A stretch of 36,270 nucleotides of DNA from an uncultured Erysipelotrichaceae bacterium (lineage in GTDB: Bacteria > Bacillota_I > Bacilli_A > Erysipelotrichales > Erysipelotrichaceae). A model generated the notes under the pieces. The model was not told the DNA's origin. It worked only from the letters and a program-made list of their open reading frames with translations, and did not search any database. Below, piece after piece: positions 16,767 to 26,555 of the stretch. Position 1 is the first letter of the stretch. Each line of letters opens with the position of its first letter. The position numbers and the translations under genes are program-made. The stretch spans positions 1-36,270 of the forward strand of contig CAZUVT010000003.1 of the NCBI GenBank assembly GCA_964623925.1. The letters run 5' to 3'.

Positions 16767-17462
16767 TTATTTTCTTCGTAACAATTTGCTGTTTCTTTCC
16801 TGAATCTTTTGCTGTATTTCATTTGAAATCATTTGAACCTGTTCCAATTCTGACTTTTTAACAGCTTCTATTAATCTTGAAAACAATACTTGAATCTCTC
16901 CTTCCAGTTCAATCAGATCCTCTGTGCTCATCGGATCGGCATATCGGAAGAGTTCGTATACTTTCTGACACTCTTTTCTTATTTCTTTTGAATCTGTCTT
17001 TTGAATCAGCTGTTTTGATACAGTCGTCATCGAACGGATAAAATCCGTTTGATTGAGGATCCTATCATCAATCGATTCAAGATAATCTGCTGTTTTTTTC
17101 GCTTTAATTGAAGCAAAGACCGTTATACATGCTATCATCATGCACCCAATAGCACCGATCCAATTCGGGAAATTCGGCACAAACAGAATGACAACGATCA
17201 TGAAAACGATTCCTGCCAGTCCCCATAGTCCGATCTTAATTAAAGGGAAATGATAAAAAACATGCGACAACTTCCCGGCCCGATAGGCGGAAAATATGAG
17301 AATACTCTGCATGATCAAACTTAAATTAACTAAAATAAAGGTTCCGATCACCACTTTATTGGATGCATCCTGCATAGAAAAACCGGACCGGATCGCAAAA
17401 ATATTATAAAAAACAAGCGCGGCAAGAGAACAGATTTGAAACTCTTTAAATTCTTTCTCCAT
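16767..17462 (-). CDS. integral membrane protein (about 4 TM) with C-terminal coiled-coil, YdjH-like position
   Basis: Hydrophobic helices throughout the N-terminal half. The start is probably MEKEFKEF (ATG 17462, RBS GAGGA) and not the track start at 17540, which overlaps the upstream gene. Confidence 0.5.
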   Translation of the reverse strand: MEKEFKEFQICSLAALVFYNIFAIRSGFSMQDASNKVVIGTFILVNLSLIMQSILIFSAYRAGKLSHVFYHFPLIKIGLWGLAGIVFMIVVILFVPNFPNWIGAIGCMMIACITVFASIKAKKTADYLESIDDRILNQTDFIRSMTTVSKQLIQKTDSKEIRKECQKVYELFRYADPMSTEDLIELEGEIQVLFSRLIEAVKKSELEQVQMISNEIQQKIQERNSKLLRRK

Positions 17463-17467
17463 CCTGC

Positions 17468-18346
17468 TTATCCTCTTTTCTTTCCACATTTCGGGCAGAA
17501 ATTCCCTGATCTTGTAAAAACATACCCGCAATTTGAACAAACTTTCTGCTCATCATAAAGAGGATTTCCACATTGCTCGCAAAATGAAGAATCCGCATGA
17601 TTCTTCATGCCGCAGTTCTCACAATAGATTTCCTCTTTCATTGTATTTGATTCTTTTTGAAAATACATCTGCTTGTACTTTTCGTATTCTTCATCTTCCG
17701 GCTTAACGATCGTTGTAATAAAAAAGCGTTCCAGAACAACTCCATATTCTTCGAAATCTGCGCTGAGAAGATTCTTCAGATTCTCTGACAATAAAGACAG
17801 ATTCTCATCAATACTGAAAATCGTGAATTCTTTCTGACTCATAACATGGGCAAGATAAGTTTTTATTTTTGTCATCAATACAGCTCTAAAAAACTGCTGA
17901 ACTTCCTGCCGATCCACTTCCGGATCTGAGCCGGCCACTTTAATCAGAAACTTTCGGCTGTCTTCGATTCGCAAAGACATTTCTCCGGAAGCACCGATAG
18001 ATAAAAGAAAATGATAGGTAGGTTCCAAGTATTCCACCCGGCTATCTGTTCCCCATTTAATCGGCATCAACTCATTCTTGTTGATAAAATAGACAGCGCA
18101 GTGAAAAGCCGTTTTATTTTCCTTTTTTCGATTGAAAAAATCTGTTATTTTCGGGATATTCTGTGTTTCAAGTGTATACCTTCCAGGGCCAAACAAATCT
18201 AATGCCTGACCATTCATAAAAAAGATGGCCTCTTGATTTTCCTGTACCACAAGTTGAGTAAAAGAGTCGAAATCTTCATGTGGATGTTTCCAAGAAAATG
18301 CATGACTATCTCCTTCATATTTAATTACTTCTGTCGCTCTTCCCAT
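17468..18346 (-). CDS. SPFH-superfamily protein of the YdjI / COG4260 type with two C-terminal zinc ribbons
   Basis: The N-terminus VIKYEGDSHAFSWKHP...LVVQENQEAIFFMNGQ resembles the YdjI family start. The C-terminus has CENCG...CEQCG and CSNCG...CPKCG. The real start is MGRATEV (ATG 18346 after GGAGG); the track extension to 18538 overlaps mscS. Confidence 0.55.
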   Translation of the reverse strand: MGRATEVIKYEGDSHAFSWKHPHEDFDSFTQLVVQENQEAIFFMNGQALDLFGPGRYTLETQNIPKITDFFNRKKENKTAFHCAVYFINKNELMPIKWGTDSRVEYLEPTYHFLLSIGASGEMSLRIEDSRKFLIKVAGSDPEVDRQEVQQFFRAVLMTKIKTYLAHVMSQKEFTIFSIDENLSLLSENLKNLLSADFEEYGVVLERFFITTIVKPEDEEYEKYKQMYFQKESNTMKEEIYCENCGMKNHADSSFCEQCGNPLYDEQKVCSNCGYVFTRSGNFCPKCGKKRG

Positions 18347-18455
18347 TTTTCCTCCCCAACAATTTCTATATGTTCTTATAAGATGACTATACAATAAAAT
18401 CCAGATAAATTCAAGACAGAGTCTTCGGGAATCGAATGAACTTAAAAACAGCAGA

Positions 18456-19340
18456 TTACTCTGCTGTTTCGTTTTGATTTTCCTTTGTCTTGATCGTAAC
18501 ATCCAACTGATTAAACGGAATTTCGATCTGGTTGGCATCTAATGCCTCTTTAATGCTTAAGCGAAGCGCTCTTTCCATTTCCCAGTGTTTCAAAGTCTTG
18601 ACTTTGCATATCAACGTAACAGCAATACTGGAATCCTCAAAGGCTGTGATCCCCAGCATTTTCGGTTGTTCCAAAACAAGATCAGAATGTTCCTTTGCGC
18701 ATTTTTCAGCCGCTTTCAAGCATACATCCATCGCCTTTTTCAAATCGCCTTCATAGCTTAGCGGAATCTGCACTTTCGCCAAAGAATCAGCGCGGGAATA
18801 GTTGATCACTGTTTCGATTTTGCCGTTTGGGATAATGATCTGTTGTCCTGCTGCTGTTTTCAAATAGGTGACACGCATTGCTGTAGCGCTGACCGTTCCT
18901 TCCACATCTCCGATCTTAACAAAATCTCCTACTGAGAATTGATTTTCAAACATTAAGAAAAAGCCGGTCACAACATCTTTTACCAGACTTTGTGCTCCAA
19001 ATCCGAGCGCTACTGACCCAATTCCTGCCGTCACTAAAAGATTATGAAGCGTTGTTCCAAATCCCAAAACCGATAGAATGAGCATCGCACAAATGAAATA
19101 AACCGCATATCTCGCCACACTGCGAAGCAGAGTCATCAGCGTCTTGATGCGCTTTTTCTGCATTTCCGGTTTTTCTTCCGCTTTTTTCATATTATAACTG
19201 GTCATCCTGCTGATCAGAGATAAAATTGCTTTCCCGGCTATCACAATAAAAATAATGCATAGCGTATTCCAAACAATGGCCCCGCTGTTTTCACTGAGCA
19301 TCTTGAATTGATTTTCAAAATAAATCTGAATATTTTCCAT
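18456..19340 (-). CDS. MscS-family small-conductance mechanosensitive channel
   Basis: Three TM helices, then the conserved MscS beta domain (GDFVKIGDVEGTVSATAMRVTYLKT...IIIPNGKI). Confidence 0.85.
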   Translation of the reverse strand: MENIQIYFENQFKMLSENSGAIVWNTLCIIFIVIAGKAILSLISRMTSYNMKKAEEKPEMQKKRIKTLMTLLRSVARYAVYFICAMLILSVLGFGTTLHNLLVTAGIGSVALGFGAQSLVKDVVTGFFLMFENQFSVGDFVKIGDVEGTVSATAMRVTYLKTAAGQQIIIPNGKIETVINYSRADSLAKVQIPLSYEGDLKKAMDVCLKAAEKCAKEHSDLVLEQPKMLGITAFEDSSIAVTLICKVKTLKHWEMERALRLSIKEALDANQIEIPFNQLDVTIKTKENQNETAE

Positions 19341-19357
19341 CTTATACCTCTAACAAT

Positions 19358-20800
19358 CTATTTTTTGATCCATACGCTTGGTGTCATCAACAAAAGAAGC
19401 GGAAAGATTTCCAACCTTCCAAGCAACATATCTGCACTTAAGATCATTTTAGAAAAATCGCTGAATATCGAGAAATTTCCTGTCGGCCCGACTAATCCAA
19501 GACCCGGCCCGATATTATTGAAACAGGACAACACCGATGTAACTGTTGTTTCAAAATCAAATCCGTCAATGGAAATCAAAGCAATGGAGCACAACATGAT
19601 CATGATGTAAATCGTGAAGTAAATATTGACTCCGCCACTCAAACTATCCTCCACACTCTTTCCATCAATTCGAATACGAGTAATCTCTCTTGGATTGGCA
19701 ATTTTGATGATCTCTCGTCTTATCGACTTGATCAAAATCATAAAGCGTGAGACTTTTAATCCACCGGCAGTACTTCCTGCGCAAGCACCGATGATCATCA
19801 GCAGACATAAGATCATCTTAGAAAGTGTCGGCCACAGATTGAAATCAGCAGTACCAAATCCGGTCGTTGAAATAACTGTTGCAACGGAAAAACTCGAATA
19901 ACGAAGCGCTTCCCAAATATTGGAATAAATGCCTAAAATATTCAATGTAATCAGGGCAATCGAAACTAAAATGATTCCGAAATAGACTTTCAATTCTTCA
20001 TTATGTAAAATCTCCTTAAACTTTCTAACGACGATAAAATAATAAATATTGAAATTCACACCGAATATAATCATAAAGATCGTAATAATCATCTCAATTG
20101 AGGCACTGTTATAAGCGGCGATACTTGTATTACGGATGGCAAATCCTCCGGTTCCTGCAGTCGCCATGGCATTACAAATAGAATCAAACAGTGGCATCCC
20201 GGCAAACATAAGACAAACAGTCATCACAATCGTCAATGCAAAGTACATTTGATAAAGGATCTTTGCCGTATTTTTCAGTTTCGGAACGATCTTTCCGACA
20301 GAAGGTCCCGGTGATTCAGCTCTAAGCATATGCATGGAATAGTCATTGGATTGTGAAACGACGGCTAATAGGAAAACCAAGATTCCCATTCCTCCTACCC
20401 AGTGGGTAAAGCTTCTCCAAAATAAAATTCCATGATCTAAGGATTCGACTTCTGTTAAAATAGAAGCTCCGGTTGTAGTAAATCCGGATGTAGTTTCAAA
20501 AAATGCATCCACAAACGAAGGAATCGAACCACTAATAACAAATGGCAAGGCTCCAAATACAGATAGCAGTACCCAAGCCAGGCCTACTACAACAAAGCCG
20601 TCTTTTGGTGTCATGCGGGTATTTTCCGGTTTAAACGACTTAAACAGCAATCCTGCGATTCCCGTAATAATTCCGGATATCGCAAAAGCTTCCGCACAGC
20701 TTTCCTTGTATAGAAAGGATACAACCAGAGATGGAATCATTAAAATCGCTTCCAAAATCAAAATCTTACCTAAAATAGAAAAAATTATTTTACGATTCAT
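19358..20800 (-). CDS. trkH: TrkH/KtrB-family K+ transporter membrane subunit
   Basis: Repeated selectivity-filter-like segments (TTSGFTTTG, TGGFA, STTGFGT), 480 aa and polytopic. Confidence 0.9.
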   Translation of the reverse strand: MNRKIIFSILGKILILEAILMIPSLVVSFLYKESCAEAFAISGIITGIAGLLFKSFKPENTRMTPKDGFVVVGLAWVLLSVFGALPFVISGSIPSFVDAFFETTSGFTTTGASILTEVESLDHGILFWRSFTHWVGGMGILVFLLAVVSQSNDYSMHMLRAESPGPSVGKIVPKLKNTAKILYQMYFALTIVMTVCLMFAGMPLFDSICNAMATAGTGGFAIRNTSIAAYNSASIEMIITIFMIIFGVNFNIYYFIVVRKFKEILHNEELKVYFGIILVSIALITLNILGIYSNIWEALRYSSFSVATVISTTGFGTADFNLWPTLSKMILCLLMIIGACAGSTAGGLKVSRFMILIKSIRREIIKIANPREITRIRIDGKSVEDSLSGGVNIYFTIYIMIMLCSIALISIDGFDFETTVTSVLSCFNNIGPGLGLVGPTGNFSIFSDFSKMILSADMLLGRLEIFPLLLLMTPSVWIKK

Positions 20801-20811
20801 ATCTGATTCCT

Positions 20812-22170
20812 CTATTCAAAAATATCTTCCAGATCTTTGCAGTTCGGATTGGATGTTACCACGATCACGCTGTCCTTCAATTCAATCGTATCATTTCCTC
20901 CCGGAATGATCAGGGTACTATTTCTCAAGATGCTGGTCACAAGGATTCCTTTTTTCAATTTAAGATCTTTCAATGGAACTCCGATGTTTTTTGATTTTTG
21001 ACGGACATAAAATTCCAAAGCTTCTGCTTTGCCGTCAACGATCTTATACAGAGTTTCAATATTACTTCCTAATCCATTCTGCATAGCCCGCACATATTGA
21101 ATAATAGAATTAGCCGTAATGTTCTTCGGTGAGATCACCGTATTGTTGCTCATGGTCTTTTCAATCATGTCAATATATCCGATGCGGTTCACTTTGGTGA
21201 TGACTTTCGAGATATTCATGCTGTCTGCATACATCGATAAGACCACATTTTCTTCATCCATATTTGTCAATGCCACAAATGCATCTGTCTTCTCAAATCC
21301 TTCTGACAAAAGAAGATTCTGATCCGTACAGTCTCCCTTAATGATAATGGCAGATGGAAGCATGTCTTTTAATGTGTAGCATCTTTCTTCGTTGATTTCA
21401 ATAATTTTAACCTGAATTCCCATCTCAATCAGCTGCTTTGTTAAATAATAAGTAATTCGGCTTCCACCGGCAATCATGACCGAACGTACACGGGGAGCAC
21501 TCAAGCCGATTTCTTTAAAGAATTTTTCAATATTATACGGACTTGCCGTTACTGTAATTTTATCATTTGCTTGGAGCACAAAATTGCCATCCGGAATAAA
21601 GACTTCTTCTCCTCTCTGAACTGTACAGATCAAAACTTTGACTTTTACTTTCTTATAAAGAGAAGACAATGGTTCATTGACGATCAGACTATCCTCTTTC
21701 AATTTGATTTCAACCAATTCAACTCTGCCTTTCGCAAAGCTCTCCACTTTTAAAGCACTCGGAATTCGCAAGATCCTTGAAATCTCTCTTGCCGCAGCAC
21801 GTTCCGGGTTGATCGTCATGCTCAATCCAAGTTCATCTTTCATATAAACCATCTGATCCGCGTATTCCGGATTTCTTACCCGGGCAATCGTATGCTTAGC
21901 CCCGACTTTTTTCGCAATCATACAACAGAGCATATTAACCTCATCCCGTGAAGTTGCCGCAATCAAAAGATCACATTCATCTACTCCTGCTTCCTTTTGT
22001 GTCTTATAACTGATTCCGTCTCCCTCAATACACATGACATCATGCATATTCCCAAGGTTCTCCAAAACTTCTCCCTTATTGTCTATTACTACAATATCAT
22101 GGCCTTCTTTTGAAAGCTGCTCAACCAAGGCAGATCCAACTTTACCATCACCGATAATAACTATCTTCAT
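20812..22170 (-). CDS. trkA: TrkA K+ uptake regulatory subunit (tandem RCK/NAD-binding domains)
   Basis: Two Rossmann GxGxxG motifs (IIGDGKVG, IAGGSRIT), 452 aa, located 11 nt upstream of trkH. Confidence 0.9.
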   Translation of the reverse strand: MKIVIIGDGKVGSALVEQLSKEGHDIVVIDNKGEVLENLGNMHDVMCIEGDGISYKTQKEAGVDECDLLIAATSRDEVNMLCCMIAKKVGAKHTIARVRNPEYADQMVYMKDELGLSMTINPERAAAREISRILRIPSALKVESFAKGRVELVEIKLKEDSLIVNEPLSSLYKKVKVKVLICTVQRGEEVFIPDGNFVLQANDKITVTASPYNIEKFFKEIGLSAPRVRSVMIAGGSRITYYLTKQLIEMGIQVKIIEINEERCYTLKDMLPSAIIIKGDCTDQNLLLSEGFEKTDAFVALTNMDEENVVLSMYADSMNISKVITKVNRIGYIDMIEKTMSNNTVISPKNITANSIIQYVRAMQNGLGSNIETLYKIVDGKAEALEFYVRQKSKNIGVPLKDLKLKKGILVTSILRNSTLIIPGGNDTIELKDSVIVVTSNPNCKDLEDIFE

Positions 22171-22197
22171 AAAATTCTCCTTTAAAGAATTGCCTTC

Positions 22198-22226
22198 ATT
22201 ATAACACTTTTATAAAGTAAGGTAAA
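22198..22226 (-). promoter_or_regulatory. promoter TTTACC-17-TATAAT upstream of trkA
   Basis: Minus-strand TTTACC (plus 22221-22226) and TATAAT (plus 22198-22203), 17 nt apart. Confidence 0.45.
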
Positions 22227-22278
22227 TCTTATAAAATCATCAAACAAACTTTTCCCATTATGATACTGTCTTTAATTC

Positions 22279-22310
22279 AAAAAGGAAGATGACGATTCAT
22301 CTTCCCTCTT
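22279..22310 (-). terminator. terminator of deoC
   Basis: GGAAGATG-aatcgt-CATCTTCC, followed by TTTTTG on the minus strand. Confidence 0.65.
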
Positions 22311-22319
22311 TGATAAGTG

Positions 22320-22985
22320 CTAGTATTCTCCGTTTGTATCTCTTCCCGCCAAAATCTTCACAGCACCGGATGTCCCGATTCGATCACAGCCGGCATTGAT
22401 GAACATTTCAAGATCATCCACTGTTTTAACACCACCGGCAGCTTTCATCTTCACATTTGGGCCGATGTGCTTTTTAAATAATTCAATATCTTCAATCGTA
22501 GCACCGCCTGTTCCAAATCCTGTCGAAGTCTTGATGTAGTCTGCTTTTGCATTGGTGACTGCCTTACACATCGCAATCTTTTCTTCTTCAGTTAAGTAGC
22601 ATGTTTCAATGATGACTTTTAGAATCTTATCTCCGACAGTTTCTTTCAAGACGGCGATTTCTTTTTCAACAGCATCATAATTTCCATTTTTGACATCACT
22701 GATATTGACGACCATATCAACTTCATTCACTCCGTCTTCCAATGCCTTTTTCACTTCTGCAACTTTTGCCTCCGTCACAGAATAACCAAGCGGAAATCCA
22801 ACAACCGTACAGATATTCAAAGTTGGATAAGCCTCACGGATCCTCTTGATATAGTTTGGCGGAACACAGACGGATGCCGTCTGATATTTCACTGCTTCAT
22901 CACACAAAGCCTGAATCTGCTCCCATGTCGCAAAAGCCTTAAGCAAAGTGTGATCAATGTGTTTTAAAATTTCCTTATTTTCCAT
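22320..22985 (-). CDS. deoC: deoxyribose-phosphate aldolase
   Basis: HIDHTLLK N-terminus, with the Schiff-base lysine region DYIKTSTGF and VKAAGGV. Confidence 0.9.
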   Translation of the reverse strand: MENKEILKHIDHTLLKAFATWEQIQALCDEAVKYQTASVCVPPNYIKRIREAYPTLNICTVVGFPLGYSVTEAKVAEVKKALEDGVNEVDMVVNISDVKNGNYDAVEKEIAVLKETVGDKILKVIIETCYLTEEEKIAMCKAVTNAKADYIKTSTGFGTGGATIEDIELFKKHIGPNVKMKAAGGVKTVDDLEMFINAGCDRIGTSGAVKILAGRDTNGEY

Positions 22986-23470
22986 TATTTTGCCTCTTTT
23001 TTCTTTCTAATTTCATTTTAACACTCATTTCAAAAATTGACAACTTTCCTTTTCATGTTTATGAAAACGTTAAGTCAAATGAGGGTAGATTATGAAACTA
23101 TCAAGAGAAGTGAAGATCCTTCCCTACATTTTTACTGTGTATTCTATTTTTCTATATTATTCCAATCTTTCTTCCACAGAAAGAGCGGATTTCTATCTTA
23201 TTATTTACCGTTTCCGGTCGTCTTCCATATATACCTTCCACACTTATCTATTAGGATCCTTCTTGTTGGATCTATATTCTCATTTATCTCTTATTTAGTT
23301 TCTAAAAATAAAAAGGAAGCCAAAGTAACTTCTTCAGCAGAAACACCCGAATCCAAGATTTACTCTTTTGGACATTCAGTGCAAGATACAAAAGAGTTTA
23401 TGTAACTCACCTTGATTTTGTTGCTTTGCCTTTTTTATTTTGATAAGTTAATCTTCAAGGAGGAATCTTT

Positions 23471-24169
23471 ATGCTTATCAAGATCTTATTAGTTGTCGTT
23501 CTTTTCTTATCTGGATGTAATTCTTCCATATCTTCCTCAAACGATTCAGAATCAGAAAATAAAAAAGAATCGGTAGAAGGAGAAGTCATCTCTGTTTCAG
23601 AAAACTCTTTGCTTATTTCCTATGAACAAACTTTAGCGACCGTATCCTTGAATGATTCTGATCATTCATTTTCGATCGGCAACATCGTAAAAGTCAATTA
23701 TGAAGAAATTCAAGAAACTTATCCTGTCACTTTAACTGATCCGGATATTGAATTAAAAGAAATCGGCGATAACCGAATTGAAATGATATTCAATGTTATC
23801 TGTGAAATTTACGAAATTGATCCGGGACTCAACTCTGAAATCAATTTTATCGCATTGAATCTCACTGAATTTGATTTTCTCAATGAATCTCAAAAAAATG
23901 CCTTGTGCTATTTGGTTGAGTCCAAGTTTAAATTTACCGTCCAACAAGCAACCATGGAGGAGTTGATTGAACAAGGCTTAGCCGAAGAGATGCTGATTCC
24001 TGAAGGAATTTTATTCACCTTTAAGTGCGATGATTTCAATTCAAAAGAGCTAAAATTTACCTGTGCAAAATACAGAAGTGGGCTTGGTGCTATCTTCTTT
24101 TCCGAAAGCAAAGCAAAACTAAAAAATCATATTTGGAATTATGAGCTTGGCGGTTTCTCTATATCATAA
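23471..24169 (+). CDS. lipoprotein, unknown function
   Basis: Signal peptide with lipobox LFLSGC, then an acidic Ser-rich linker. AAGGAGG RBS. Confidence 0.6.
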   Translation: MLIKILLVVVLFLSGCNSSISSSNDSESENKKESVEGEVISVSENSLLISYEQTLATVSLNDSDHSFSIGNIVKVNYEEIQETYPVTLTDPDIELKEIGDNRIEMIFNVICEIYEIDPGLNSEINFIALNLTEFDFLNESQKNALCYLVESKFKFTVQQATMEELIEQGLAEEMLIPEGILFTFKCDDFNSKELKFTCAKYRSGLGAIFFSESKAKLKNHIWNYELGGFSIS

Positions 24170-24198
24170 TCTCTTCTCCTATCAAATATCAATTCTAA

Positions 24199-24238
24199 CA
24201 AAAACTCACTTTCAACCAATAAAAGTGAGTTTTTTATT
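24199..24238. terminator. bidirectional terminator between convergent genes
   Basis: AAAACTCACT / AGTGAGTTTT 10-bp stem, flanked by A-run and T-run. Confidence 0.65.
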
Positions 24239-24239
24239 T

Positions 24240-25136
24240 TCAATATTCTGCTTTCATTTCTTCGACATCATTAACTGATAATCCAGACAAAAGGGCTATT
24301 ACTTCAGTCGTTAATAATCCATAATCAATCATTCTCTTAACAATTAAAGATCTTTCTTTCTCCTGTCCACATTTCAAACCAATTAATTTCCCTTTTTCTA
24401 CAGAATGCTTTATCATGTCTTCTACTGCTTTACACATATCCAATACATCCTCCTTTTCTTTGATTTTAACAGGCAATCTTGTATAAGCTTTAATCATCAT
24501 GAAACACTCTTCATCCAACTCACGATACTCTTCTCTTTTTAAACATTCTAACATATCAATCTCATGTTGGGAATACTTCAAAACCCGCAGTAATTTTTCA
24601 ACTCCACTCGAACATTTATTCAAAATTTTTTCACCAATCAAATAAGGATCCAAGATCCGGATCTTATATTCGCTTACCCAATTAGAATAATCCAGCATCT
24701 CTGTGATACTTTTCGCTCCTAACCATCTTTTTCCGCTCAAATTCAAAACCAGAGTAATCACTCGATGAATCCGATCTGTAAATTTGATACCACTTAAAAA
24801 CTCACCTTTTTTCAACTTATTTCGTTCATGATTCCCCTTCATGCGCTTCAATAATTTCTTATAGGTCAATGCATCATATTCCATAATTCTTACTGGCATG
24901 GTTGGATCAATAAATGATTGAATTTCTATTCCGACAAGAATAACTTCTCCCGATTTCAATCGGCACTTCTTCAGAATATCTCTTTGATTATTCTGAAAAA
25001 TCGGATCCAATTCCTGAATATCACATGAAGAAAGAAATCGTTCTCCATCAAATAAAGAAAGATTGACTAAATCTACAAAAACATCATTTCTACCAATATA
25101 GGATTTCGCAAGAATATTTTTATTAAATTTACCCAC
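24240..25136 (-). CDS. Rpn-family recombination-promoting nuclease / putative transposase (PD-(D/E)xK, YhgA-like)
   Basis: NDVFVDL ... EVILVGIEIQS matches the D...E.QS nuclease core of the Rpn/TIGR01784 family. The C-terminal TEVIALLSGLSVNDVEEM tail is typical of this family. Confidence 0.6.
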   Translation of the reverse strand: MGKFNKNILAKSYIGRNDVFVDLVNLSLFDGERFLSSCDIQELDPIFQNNQRDILKKCRLKSGEVILVGIEIQSFIDPTMPVRIMEYDALTYKKLLKRMKGNHERNKLKKGEFLSGIKFTDRIHRVITLVLNLSGKRWLGAKSITEMLDYSNWVSEYKIRILDPYLIGEKILNKCSSGVEKLLRVLKYSQHEIDMLECLKREEYRELDEECFMMIKAYTRLPVKIKEKEDVLDMCKAVEDMIKHSVEKGKLIGLKCGQEKERSLIVKRMIDYGLLTTEVIALLSGLSVNDVEEMKAEY

Positions 25137-25274
25137 TGTCTTTTTCCTCCTAATATATTTATTCGTACAAATTCCTATTCTCCCAAATTTTTCCTATATA
25201 TTCCCGAAATACGAAAAATTTTAAAATTCTTATTTCCCGAGAAAAGAAAAAGGCTGAAGTTTTCCTTCAACCCT

Positions 25275-26549
25275 TTAGTTCTTTCTTGGCTCACTCATCT
25301 TTCTCTTTAAAAGATTCATCTGAATTCTACTATAATCCATGGCCTCACGAAATCTTTTCTGCTTGGATAGATTCTCAATTAACAGATCCAGAATAAAATC
25401 CTGAACAATAAATATATTGTCTTCCTCAGTATGAACGTATAATAATTTCAAATATTGAACAATTTTTGTTTCATTTCGTTCTAAAATTGCCTGCATTGTT
25501 CCGATCATTAAACGATAATATTCATCTAATCCATCATGAGCTTTCTTTAACTGTTCCAAAGCGCGACTGCATTTTTGCAAATCACCAAGCTTATAATACG
25601 ACCACATTTGAATATCATTCATTTGCATCAAATATAATCCTTCATCAATACATTCTTGAGAAACTGCAACAGCTTTTTCATAATCTCCCTTATAGAAATA
25701 GTTTTCTGCCATATTAAATCTTACCGCGTTAATTACTTTATTAATATGTAATAATTGAGCAGTTTTAAATACTTCATTGTAGTACTCTTCTGCATCATCA
25801 AATCGATATAAATGCATTAAATTCATGCCAATATGACAACAGGTATATAATGCTCTAATATAATTATTTGTAGAGTCAAATAACTGTTTAGCTTTTTGAT
25901 GACTGATCAACGAATTAATTGGATTGCCCATCTTCCAATAAACAAACCCTAAACCATAATATAGCATTCCTTTTAAATCATCACAAATATTTGAGAATTT
26001 TGATATTGCCTGGTTGTATATTTTTAGTGCATCTTGCCAATTTAGTTGTTCGCAGTAGTAATTTCCTCGATAAAGTAAATAGATAAAATATTCTTCAGGA
26101 CTATACAAATCAACAAAGTATCCATTTATGATCTTTATATCATTTTTCACTCCATTATAATCATCTACAATAAAACAGTAAATCATTTCTAATAAATAAT
26201 ATAATGGTGCATCCGGTGTATATGCTTGACTCATTTTAGCCTTTAAAAGATTCTTTGTTTTATCAACAAATGAATCATAATCGGCATAAACTAAAAAATT
26301 AATACAATCCCAAAAACTATTTTTAAAATTTCTTTCACTTTTACATCTAATATCAAAGAAGTCTGCATAAAGTTTTATCTTTTCAAAAGATACATTTTTA
26401 CTTCCTCTTTCAATATCTGAAATCATCTGCTTACTTAGCCCAATTATTTGAGCAACTTCCTGACCTGTATAGCATCCAGATTCACGTTCTTTTTTTAAAA
26501 CTCTTCCTAGAGTTGACAGTTCATCTCTTTCCGCAAACGGTTGATTCAT
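25275..26549 (-). CDS. Xre-HTH + TPR-repeat transcriptional regulator (RNPP/Rgg-like architecture)
   Basis: N-terminal HTH_3 (TGQEVAQIIGLSKQMISDIERG). The rest is predicted helical repeats with TPR-like W/Y/L periodicity. 424 aa. Confidence 0.55.
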   Translation of the reverse strand: MNQPFAERDELSTLGRVLKKERESGCYTGQEVAQIIGLSKQMISDIERGSKNVSFEKIKLYADFFDIRCKSERNFKNSFWDCINFLVYADYDSFVDKTKNLLKAKMSQAYTPDAPLYYLLEMIYCFIVDDYNGVKNDIKIINGYFVDLYSPEEYFIYLLYRGNYYCEQLNWQDALKIYNQAISKFSNICDDLKGMLYYGLGFVYWKMGNPINSLISHQKAKQLFDSTNNYIRALYTCCHIGMNLMHLYRFDDAEEYYNEVFKTAQLLHINKVINAVRFNMAENYFYKGDYEKAVAVSQECIDEGLYLMQMNDIQMWSYYKLGDLQKCSRALEQLKKAHDGLDEYYRLMIGTMQAILERNETKIVQYLKLLYVHTEEDNIFIVQDFILDLLIENLSKQKRFREAMDYSRIQMNLLKRKMSEPRKN

Positions 26550-26555
26550 CGTATT

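Noticed and set aside
18347-18538. Track N-terminal extension of the SPFH-like gene (MPTRSKF...)
   Set aside because: The extension overlaps the 3' end of mscS by about 80 nt and has no SD. An internal ATG at 18346 follows GGGGAGG and matches the YdjI-family N-terminus.
23037-23405. 122-aa and 68-aa ORFs in the deoC–lipoprotein intergenic region
   Set aside because: Low-complexity F/L/Y/S-rich translation of AT-rich DNA with no SD. It is more likely a promoter or UTR region.
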